From Candidatus Eiseniibacteriota bacterium (lineage in GTDB: Bacteria > Eisenbacteria > RBG-16-71-46 > JABDJR01), in contig CAVXKA010000003.1 of the NCBI GenBank assembly GCA_963762255.1, forward strand, positions 704,001-768,000: a DNA stretch of 64,000 bases, written 5' to 3'. A program made the translations under genes and the position numbers. Shown here piece after piece: positions 8,330-15,976 of this stretch (position 1 is its first letter; every line of letters begins with the position of its first letter). The notes under the pieces were generated by a model. It had not been told where the DNA came from. It ran no database searches and saw nothing but the letters and a program-made list of their open reading frames with translations.

Positions 8330-9931
8330 CTAGTGGCCTCGCGGAGGCGGGTCAAGCTCGGCGGGCGGTTCCAGCCGGAAGCGAATCGCGGCAGCCCCTT
8401 CCCATCCGACGTCACGGGAATCCGCCGAGACCTCGAGCATCCAGCGCCCGCGAGGGATACCCACCCAGGCGCCGATCCACGTTCCCGCCTCCGGGCGATC
8501 CCATCCATAGAACCCGCCGGCCCGTCTGCGATGCCACCAGAGATCGGGGGCATCACCCTCGGAACGTGCGAGCGCCGCGCGGGCCTCCCAGTTCATCTTG
8601 CCTGCGTAGCCCGCGCGGAGCGTGGTGAGCCGGGCCCGACCCGCTGCTCGGCTTCGCTCCTCCGTGCGGAACAGGACGCGCCACTCCGTGCGCTCGTAGG
8701 CGATCTCGCCTCGGGCCAGGCGCTCCGTGTCCCCCGCGAACGGCTCTGAACCGGCCGCGCGCCGAGCGCGAGCGCGCCACACGAGACCGGCCCGCAACCC
8801 CGGAAGGAGGCGTTCCCCCACCTCCACGAGCTGCATCGAGGTTTCGCGAGACCACGCCCTGGTTGCCGGGTCGGGCTCTCGTCCGGCCTCGATCGCGGCG
8901 CGTATGAAACGCGACACGCCCCCCTGCCAGCGAGCATCCACACGCAGGCGGGACACGTCTTCGTCCTCGGGGTCTCGATAAAGCGGCGTCACCCGCACCG
9001 AGTAGCCCGCGCCGATACGGGTGAGGCTGCCTCGCAGCCGCCATGCGCCCTCCTGGACGCTCCACGATGCGCCCTGCGCGCTCCCGGCGCCCGCCCAGCG
9101 CCACTCCGCGCTCCAGGCGCCGGCCTCGGTCGTGCCGGCCGCGTCGAAGCCGCCGGACCATCCGTCTGCGCGCACGAGCGTGCCGCCCCATACTCCAAGC
9201 CTGCCGCGGCGACTCGCCTGAAGCGCACCCCAGGTGCGAGTCACCGCCTCCTGCACGGTGGAGCTTCGGCCGCGCAGAACCGCTCCCCCCACCGTCCATC
9301 GCGCTCCGGTTCGCGACAGAGCGGCCCCCGTTGCGGTGCGCTCATCGAACGAGAGGGACGGGCGCCAGATGCCGCTTGCAGGCTCGACAGGGGCGTCACC
9401 GCGCGGTTCGTCTCCGGCAGTCACCAGCAGCAGCCCCAGACCCTGCCGCGCGCGCAACGATCCCGCGGTGAGGGTCCACTCGCCGCGGGCGAGTCGAAGG
9501 GCGCCGCGCATCGAGGGGCCCGCGCCGGGGTCTCGGCGGGCCTTGCCCCGCAACTCCGCGCGACCGCGCGCGACCTGCACCGCGGATTCCTCCCGCACGC
9601 CGTCGTCACGCACGCGAATCCCGGCGGACGCGCGCGCCTCGACCGCGGGCTCCCAACACCACGCCCCCTCCAGTTCATCCCGCAGATCGGGGCTCGATCC
9701 CGGAAGCTCTTCGAGATCCTCCGGGCCTCGTAATCCCCCCTGACGCAGGCGCGCTCGGAGCCATTCCGCCTGCTCGGCGTCCAGGCTCAGCCGCTCGATC
9801 ACCGCCTCCAGCGAGGACGCATCCAACGGCTCGCAGTCGTCCGCGTCCTGCGCGCGCGCATCGCGTGTCACCATGGGAATCGCATACGCGAGCGACATCG
9901 CGAGAACCACGAGCATGAGCCGTCGCATCAT
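8330..9931 (-). CDS. secreted protein with N-terminal ComEA/helix-hairpin-helix-like region and probable outer-membrane beta-barrel
   Basis: Signal peptide; LDASSLEAVIERLSLDAEQAEWLRARLRQGGLRGPEDLEELPG resembles the ComEA HhH; then Trp/Gly/Arg-rich alternating strands with LRARQGLGL. ATGA overlap at 9931. Confidence 0.6.
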   Translation of the reverse strand: MMRRLMLVVLAMSLAYAIPMVTRDARAQDADDCEPLDASSLEAVIERLSLDAEQAEWLRARLRQGGLRGPEDLEELPGSSPDLRDELEGAWCWEPAVEARASAGIRVRDDGVREESAVQVARGRAELRGKARRDPGAGPSMRGALRLARGEWTLTAGSLRARQGLGLLLVTAGDEPRGDAPVEPASGIWRPSLSFDERTATGAALSRTGARWTVGGAVLRGRSSTVQEAVTRTWGALQASRRGRLGVWGGTLVRADGWSGGFDAAGTTEAGAWSAEWRWAGAGSAQGASWSVQEGAWRLRGSLTRIGAGYSVRVTPLYRDPEDEDVSRLRVDARWQGGVSRFIRAAIEAGREPDPATRAWSRETSMQLVEVGERLLPGLRAGLVWRARARRAAGSEPFAGDTERLARGEIAYERTEWRVLFRTEERSRAAGRARLTTLRAGYAGKMNWEARAALARSEGDAPDLWWHRRRAGGFYGWDRPEAGTWIGAWVGIPRGRWMLEVSADSRDVGWEGAAAIRFRLEPPAELDPPPRGH

Positions 9932-10692
9932 TGCCCACCTCCACCCAGGACGAGGCGGATACGGGAGATGCGGCCGAGGAGCGGGTGCGCGGTTTCCTCG
10001 GCGCGCAGTTCGACCGAGCGGCGACGGAGCGCGATGCCGATCGCGGGCGCCGAGCCCGCATAGGCAACGCTCCACACCAGGCCCGGTCGCGCATGCAACC
10101 CGAGCACGACGCGCAGATCTCCCGCGCGAGGGCCCATGTCGAAGCCCGCCCACCAGGGGCCGAGCGCGCCGTGCAGCGCGCAGATGACACTGGCGGCTTC
10201 GGCCCCCTCACCGGGGTACAGACTAGCTCTCACTCCGGCCAGCACTGGCGCGAACGGTTGGACACGCACATCGACGAGAGCGCGCTCCTGGCGCTCGCCC
10301 GCGAAGGCAAGCCTGCCGGCTCCTACCGCGAGACGGTGTCGGGCGCCTCGACGTACGAACCACCCTTCGACATCGTCGGCCGGGCCCGCGCGATCGCTCC
10401 ACGCGCGACGCCACCCCACCGCGAACCCGAAACCTCCCGCGGGCTCGCGCCCCGCGCGCAGCGCCGACTCCCACTCTCCGCTCACCGCCTCGCGGGAGAG
10501 CGCTCCCGCTTCCCAACGCCAGCCGCTCGTCGCGCCGAACCCCGCCGACGGATCGAGATGGTCGCACGCCTCCCAAGGTGTCGCGTCCCACGCTGCCCCG
10601 TCGCCTTGGGCCGGAGCCGCGTGCGCGACCGTCGCCGCGAAATACGCGGCGAAGAACGCGGCGAACACCAGGCCCATGGCGCCCGCCCTCAT
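9928..10692 (-). CDS. probable outer-membrane beta-barrel protein (PorV/PorQ-like, divergent)
   Basis: Signal peptide from ATG 10692 (ATGA overlap); amphipathic strands; C-terminal AHPLLGRISRIRLVL hairpin. Confidence 0.5.
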   Translation of the reverse strand: MRAGAMGLVFAAFFAAYFAATVAHAAPAQGDGAAWDATPWEACDHLDPSAGFGATSGWRWEAGALSREAVSGEWESALRAGREPAGGFGFAVGWRRAWSDRAGPADDVEGWFVRRGARHRLAVGAGRLAFAGERQERALVDVRVQPFAPVLAGVRASLYPGEGAEAASVICALHGALGPWWAGFDMGPRAGDLRVVLGLHARPGLVWSVAYAGSAPAIGIALRRRSVELRAEETAHPLLGRISRIRLVLGGGGQ

Positions 10693-11588
10693 CGCGACAC
10701 CCAGACGGAGCGACAGGCGCGCACGGGATCCGCGCCTTCCGCACGCCACTGCATACAGAGGAAGTAGCGCCCGCTGCGCGGCGGAAGCGGAGCATCGCTT
10801 CCCCAGACCCAACGACCCACCGCGGGCGTGGGCGCCGGCTCGCGCAACACCGCCACCTCGCGGCCTTCCACGTCGAGAAGCCGCAGTGCCATCGTGCCGG
10901 GAGCGGGAAGCGTGAAGTCGAAGACAGCGGGTCCGCGACTCGGACTCACGCGCGTCGGCCCATCGATCTCTCCGCGGTGCGACGCGCCGACGGGTCCGGC
11001 GAGGCTGTTCCGGCGACCCGGCGTGGCGCCGCGCACATCGAACGACCACCCCCAGGCTCCCGGCTCCAGCGCGGAACCGCGCGCATCCACGCGCTCCAGG
11101 CTCACGCCCGGATCGACCGGGAGCCACGCCTCGAAGTACGCCACCGAATCGATCGTCGCGCCGGAAGCATCGGCCAGCCTGAGCACGTCCGCCGGCGCAC
11201 CCGGCGCCGCATCGTGATCGTTGAGAACGGGCCAACCGTCCGGTCGCAGCACCACCACTGTGTCGGCGAGAGCGAACGCGACACGAACGCTATCGGGCTT
11301 GGAGGCGAGCACCAGGAAACCGCCCGGCGCGAGCACCGCCGGACCCGAAATCTTCTTCGGCTTGTTGGTGGCGTCGGCGAGCGTCCACCCCTCGATGGAG
11401 ACCGCGGCGGGCCCGGGGTTGTGGATCTCGATCCACTCGCCCTCTCCCCCGCGCGGGCGGGCGACGATCTCGTTGACGATCGGCGCGGCAGAGACCGCAC
11501 TCCGCGACGGCACGAGGACCGCCGCACTCCCCCCGATCATCAGGCCGACAATGAGGCCGGCACGCAAAGCCGCGCTGCGCGCGAGCAT
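10689..11588 (-). CDS. secreted lamin-tail-domain protein with C-terminal FlgD-Ig/CTD-like domain
   Basis: IVNEIVARP...EWIEIHN...IEGWTLAD...GVSLER...GATPGRRNS is an LTD; then FDFTLPAPG..ALRLLDVEGREVAVL...W.G...SGRYFL. Confidence 0.8.
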   Translation of the reverse strand: MLARSAALRAGLIVGLMIGGSAAVLVPSRSAVSAAPIVNEIVARPRGGEGEWIEIHNPGPAAVSIEGWTLADATNKPKKISGPAVLAPGGFLVLASKPDSVRVAFALADTVVVLRPDGWPVLNDHDAAPGAPADVLRLADASGATIDSVAYFEAWLPVDPGVSLERVDARGSALEPGAWGWSFDVRGATPGRRNSLAGPVGASHRGEIDGPTRVSPSRGPAVFDFTLPAPGTMALRLLDVEGREVAVLREPAPTPAVGRWVWGSDAPLPPRSGRYFLCMQWRAEGADPVRACRSVWVSR

Positions 11589-11658
11589 GGTGCACTCCTT
11601 TCGGACGGGGCGACCGAAAGGACGGAGAAACGACGGGGGCTACGTCACGACGAGGGGG

Positions 11659-13872
11659 CTAGATCATGCCGCGCCGCCGCCGCAGGAACCACTCCGCGGA
11701 AGCGAACGCCACGAACAAGACGAAGGCGAACGGGCTATCCCAGAGCGCAACCTGTACGCGCTCCTCCTCGGCCTGGGCGATGGCGCGGAACTCCTCGCTC
11801 AGTCCATCCAGCGAATCGGGAGACCAGAGCTTGCCGCCGCTGGCTTGCGCGATGCGGGCGAGGATCTCGTGATCGGCTTCGAGGCGCTCCATCTCCGCGC
11901 CCAACGAATCCACCGCGAAGACGCCCTCCACCGTGCCGAGCGCGTTCCCGCCGGAGCTGGCGCGGCCTTCATACCGATAGCGCCCGGGGGCGAGACCCTG
12001 AAGAGCGCCGCTCAGGATTCCCTCGCTCCCCTCCAGCGCCAACCGCTTCGGCTGTGCGTCGCCGCTGTCGGCGGGACTCACCGAGACCTCGGCCTCCGCT
12101 CCCGCCACCGGTTGATAGCTCTCGTCGGTGACGCGCGCGACGAAGATCACGGGCTTGCCGCGGCCGATCACGTTCTCCTCGGGGTGAATGTCCACGCGCG
12201 CTTCGATGTCGGGGCGCGCGAGCCAGTGCGCGGCGCGACGCCACCACGCCGGAAGCACGTTGCCGCCGGGCCCGAGGCCCGTGCTCTTGAAGTCCCACTT
12301 CCACATACCGCCCGCGGTGAAGGCGAGCACGCGCCCCTGTCCCGCGCGCATCCAGGTGAGGACGGGGAGTCCTTCCGCGCCTGCCGAACCTGCGAGGAGC
12401 GTCTCGGCGCCCCCCTTCGCCGGACCGAGCCCCGCGGGCATGCCCACCGGAGGGAGATCCGCCCAGGCGTCCAGTGTCGGCGCGCCGGGCACCGAGGGAT
12501 CGAAGAGCGCGTGACGACGCCCGGCGATCGTGAGCCGCGCCTGCGTGTCCTCACCGCCCGCGCCCGCGATCTGCACGGGAAGAAGCGCCTCGAGGGGACT
12601 CCCCCGCCACGCGGCAAGCACATCGTCGTCGCTTCCGGTCACGATGAACAACCCGCCGCCCGCGCGCACGAAGGCGAGCACGCCCTGCGCACCGTCCGGG
12701 CCGAGCTGCGCGGGGGATACGTGATCGAGCACGATCACCCGCACACCGTGCAGGCTCGCACCGTTCAGGGACGGCGGCGTTCGGGTGCCGGGCACCGTGC
12801 GGAACGATCCCTTGGTCCAATAGCCCGCGCTCAAGGCGAGCGTGGAGTCGGCTTCCAGCGCCCGCCGCAGGAATGTGTGGTCCCAGGTGAGCCGGCCGCT
12901 CAGCACGACGACGCCGGTCTTCTCTTCCCGCACGTCGATGGCGACCAGCCGCCGGTTGTTGGCGCCCGTGGCCTCGCCGGGAAGCGCCGGCACGCGAACT
13001 TCGATGAAGCGCAGTCCCGGACGCGGAGGCACGAAGCTCAGGTCGGCGCGTACCTCTGCGCCGTCGGGCTCGAGGCGCACGGTGCTCGTCGCAAGCTCGC
13101 GTTCGCCGTCGGTCACGTCGAGGAGCCGCGCCTGCACGGAGGTGCCGTCAAGCCCCTGCAAACGCAGCACCGCTTCCACCGGCGTGCGCTCACCCGCGAA
13201 CGCCTCGCGGTTGGCGCGCACGCGCGTCACGGCGAGATCGGGCGCCGGCAGGGGCGAACCCAGCGCCACGGTTTGCACCGGAATGCCGAGCCTGCGCGCA
13301 GTGGACACCGGATCCCCGCCCTGCGTGGCGGTCCCGTCGCTCACCAGCACCATGGCCCCCGGCCGTCCCGCGGGCCCGCCGCCGGCCATTCCCTGCTCGA
13401 GCGCGGCGGCGATATCGGTGGCCTCGCCGTCGGGAGGAGGAATTACGTCCGGCTCCAGGGGAGCGCCGAGCGCGGTCGCGAAGGGGCGCGCGCCCAGCGG
13501 ATACTCGCCCTCGAGTTCGCGCCGTACCGAGGCGGCGGCGCGGCGGAGCTCCTGGTCCCGGGTCTCGTCCGGCTGCGCGCCGGCCAGCGTGAGGCTTTCG
13601 CTGCGGTCGAGGAGCAAGAGCACGCCGCGGGCGGCGCCGCCGGGCACGGCGAGGCTCACCACCGGCCGGCAGAGGATCGCGATCAGGGTGAGGAGCGCCA
13701 TCGCGCGCAGACCGGCGAGAAGCGTGCGCAAGCCGGGCTTGAGCGGGGCGTCGGTGCGCCGGTACACGAACGCGGCATAGGCCACCGCAGCCACGGCGAG
13801 GATGATGAAGAGCCAGCCGGCGTGTCCGGGAGGATCCCAGGCAAGACCGCGCCAGCGTTCGATCCAATTCAA
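11659..13872 (-). CDS. membrane protein with VWA and glutamine-amidotransferase-like domains
   Basis: Two N-terminal TM helices; MIDAS-like LLDRSESL, TDIAAAL, VLVSDG; FVRAGGGL...LLPV GATase-like block; C-terminal TM ending EWFLRRRRGM. Confidence 0.85.
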   Translation of the reverse strand: MNWIERWRGLAWDPPGHAGWLFIILAVAAVAYAAFVYRRTDAPLKPGLRTLLAGLRAMALLTLIAILCRPVVSLAVPGGAARGVLLLLDRSESLTLAGAQPDETRDQELRRAAASVRRELEGEYPLGARPFATALGAPLEPDVIPPPDGEATDIAAALEQGMAGGGPAGRPGAMVLVSDGTATQGGDPVSTARRLGIPVQTVALGSPLPAPDLAVTRVRANREAFAGERTPVEAVLRLQGLDGTSVQARLLDVTDGERELATSTVRLEPDGAEVRADLSFVPPRPGLRFIEVRVPALPGEATGANNRRLVAIDVREEKTGVVVLSGRLTWDHTFLRRALEADSTLALSAGYWTKGSFRTVPGTRTPPSLNGASLHGVRVIVLDHVSPAQLGPDGAQGVLAFVRAGGGLFIVTGSDDDVLAAWRGSPLEALLPVQIAGAGGEDTQARLTIAGRRHALFDPSVPGAPTLDAWADLPPVGMPAGLGPAKGGAETLLAGSAGAEGLPVLTWMRAGQGRVLAFTAGGMWKWDFKSTGLGPGGNVLPAWWRRAAHWLARPDIEARVDIHPEENVIGRGKPVIFVARVTDESYQPVAGAEAEVSVSPADSGDAQPKRLALEGSEGILSGALQGLAPGRYRYEGRASSGGNALGTVEGVFAVDSLGAEMERLEADHEILARIAQASGGKLWSPDSLDGLSEEFRAIAQAEEERVQVALWDSPFAFVLFVAFASAEWFLRRRRGMI

Positions 13873-13963
13873 CTGTGAATGCCTTTGCTCGGGTTGCGAA
13901 CGGAGACGACCACCTGGACGGACCTGGACGGAGGGAAGAGAGCCATCACGGCGGGGATGAAAA

Positions 13964-13993
13964 ACGCTAGCAGGCGGTTTCGCACCATGTCAA
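13964..13993 (-). promoter_or_regulatory. putative sigma70 promoter of the VWA-LTD-barrel-HhH run
   Basis: TTGACA-N18-TAGCGT with TGn extended -10 on the minus strand. Confidence 0.5.
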
Positions 13994-14068
13994 AACATTC
14001 CTCTCGCCCGGGCGGGAGCGCTTGCGGCTGAGCCGCGTCAGAACGCCACCGCGCGTGCGGTGTCGGCC

Positions 14069-14833
14069 TCAAAGTGCTTCCGCGCCCATCCGGGCGCGGG
14101 CGAGCGCGGCCAGCCCCGCCGAGGCGGCAACGCGAAACGAGTACGGCAACTGCGCGGAGAGCGGCGTCTCGTCGGGGTTGATCTCAACGACCGGCACGCC
14201 CCGTCGCGCGGCGATCCCGGGAAGTGCCGCCGCCGGGTAGACCACCGAAGAGGTCCCCACCACCCAGGCCATGTCGGCCTCCTCCAGCGCCTGGGCCGCG
14301 TCGTCCATGGCGTCGGCGGGAAGGGACTCCCCGAACCAGACCACGTCGGGACGCAATCGCCCGCGGCCGCACGCGCAGGCGGTTGCGGCGGGATCCACTT
14401 CGTGCGCGCCGGCGGTGCGCCCGCAGCCGTCCTCGCAGCGCGCACGCGTGATGGTACCGTGGAGTTCGATCACGTTCGTGCTGCCCGAGCGCTGGTGCAT
14501 GCCGTCCACGTTCTGCGTGATGAGCGTGAAGCGCTTGAAGCCGCCGTCACGTTCGAGTGCTGCGAGCGCACGATGACCGGCGTGTGGCTGCGCCTCGCGC
14601 ACGCGATCGAGCCGCCAGCGGTACCAGCGCCACACGCGCTCGGGATCGCGGGCGAAGGCCTGCGGGGTGGCGAGTTCTTCGGGGCGGAAGCCCTCCCAGA
14701 GCCCTCCGGCGCCGCGGAAGACGGGCACGCCGCTCTCGGCCGACATGCCGGCGCCGGTGAGCACGACGAGGCGTCTGGCCGCGCGGATCGCGGCGGCGAG
14801 GTCTGTGGGGAGAGTGACGGAGTCCGTGGTCAT
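14069..14833 (-). CDS. cobB: NAD-dependent protein deacylase (class III sirtuin)
   Basis: LTGAGMSAESGVPVFRG, WYRWR (YxxR), TQNVDGMH, ELHG, four Zn Cys, LRPDVVWFGE, GTSSVVYPAA. ATGA overlap at 14833. Confidence 0.96.
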   Translation of the reverse strand: MTTDSVTLPTDLAAAIRAARRLVVLTGAGMSAESGVPVFRGAGGLWEGFRPEELATPQAFARDPERVWRWYRWRLDRVREAQPHAGHRALAALERDGGFKRFTLITQNVDGMHQRSGSTNVIELHGTITRARCEDGCGRTAGAHEVDPAATACACGRGRLRPDVVWFGESLPADAMDDAAQALEEADMAWVVGTSSVVYPAAALPGIAARRGVPVVEINPDETPLSAQLPYSFRVAASAGLAALARARMGAEAL

Positions 14834-15780
14834 CGAGATTCGGGCGGCGTCGCGGCCCCGTCTTCCACCCCCACCTTCCCCAGGATCACGGCCATCGGCC
14901 CGTGCGCCTCGGGGACATGCCCCGCGTGCCGCAAGTTGTAGATGCCGATGATCGCCACCTGCACCGTGGTGAGGAGGAGCACGAAACCGAGAGCGATTTC
15001 GAGCAACTCGACGAGTTGCGCTGCCGGCTCGGGTTGGAGCAAATGCCTCGCCAGCACCACCGCCAGTACAAGCCCGGTGGTAATGACACCGGCGGACTTG
15101 CCGAGCACGGTCGGCCGGATCGCCACCGGGCCGTGGGTGATGTAGATCCAGGCCGCGCCAAACATCAACAGGCCGTAGCGGATCAACACGAGGGTGAGGA
15201 TCCATCCCGAGAAGTAGCCCGCTCGCGTGAGCCCCACGACAACGCCCACATTGAAGAGCACGTCCACGATCGGGTCGAAGATGCGCCCCATGCGGGTGGA
15301 GGCGTTGAGTCGCCGCGCGGCCATGCCGTCGGCCACGTCGCTCAGGGCGCCGGTGAGAAACGCGGCCAGCGCGAGCGATTTGTGCTGCTCGATGATGAAG
15401 AGGTAGAAGGCGGGGATGGCCAGGAGTCGTCCCAGCGTGAGGAAGTTGGGCAGGCCGAGCCCGGTGAGGAAGAGTTCCTCGTCGGTGCGGAACATGCGCA
15501 GATGCAGGGTGATCCATGCAAGGCCGCCGAGGAGCCACCACGACGAGAAGATGAAGTACTCGACGGCAAGCCGCCGGTCGACCAGGAAGGAGACGGCGAC
15601 CGCGACGAGGAAAAGGAAGACGAGGTGACCGAGACCGGCCAGGATCACGCTTCGCAGCGCCTTCGGCCGGCTCAGGGCCGCGTCGTACGAGAGATGCAGG
15701 CAGCGCCAGACGTACCGACCCGCCGCCCGCGGGCCGTAGCGCGCCGCACGCAGATCCTGGAGGTAGGGCTCCACGAACAT
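14830..15780 (-). CDS. CDP-alcohol phosphatidyltransferase (PgsA/cardiolipin-synthase-like) with N-terminal membrane extension
   Basis: LPNFLTLGR; SDVADGMAARRLNASTRMGRIFDPIVD matches DxxDGxxAR...GxxxDxxxD; PTVLGK. Confidence 0.88.
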   Translation of the reverse strand: MFVEPYLQDLRAARYGPRAAGRYVWRCLHLSYDAALSRPKALRSVILAGLGHLVFLFLVAVAVSFLVDRRLAVEYFIFSSWWLLGGLAWITLHLRMFRTDEELFLTGLGLPNFLTLGRLLAIPAFYLFIIEQHKSLALAAFLTGALSDVADGMAARRLNASTRMGRIFDPIVDVLFNVGVVVGLTRAGYFSGWILTLVLIRYGLLMFGAAWIYITHGPVAIRPTVLGKSAGVITTGLVLAVVLARHLLQPEPAAQLVELLEIALGFVLLLTTVQVAIIGIYNLRHAGHVPEAHGPMAVILGKVGVEDGAATPPESR

Positions 15781-15935
15781 GGCGCCCCCATTCTAGCAGC
15801 GACGGATGGAATTCGTCGCCACGATGTGTACCCGGGTATCCGCGCGGCACCGCCTCGCTACGCGTCGCCGTGCGTGCTCGCGAACGGGTCCCGCCTAAGC
15901 GCCCGTCCGCGGAGCGGCGCACCCGGGGTGACACA

Positions 15936-15965
15936 GCGCGATGCTCACCCAGGTGAGCATCGCGC
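15936..15965. terminator. perfect inverted repeat immediately downstream of ppdK
   Basis: GCGCGATGCTCACC-CA-GGTGAGCATCGCGC, 11 nt after the ppdK stop. No U-tract, so either a terminator or an mRNA-stabilising hairpin. Confidence 0.5.
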
Positions 15966-15976
15966 CGCATGAAGCG

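Noticed and set aside
11221-13878. Long antisense or alternative-frame ORFs (e.g. 11221-13878+, 16861-18798+, 19623-21680+, 30722-32587+, 32775-34613+)
   Set aside because: Arg/Pro/Ala-rich shadows of real genes, expected at this GC content; no motifs, and they overlap well-supported CDS.
13869-14072. Small ORF upstream of the VWA gene
   Set aside because: It overlaps a plausible promoter and has no RBS or recognisable motif.
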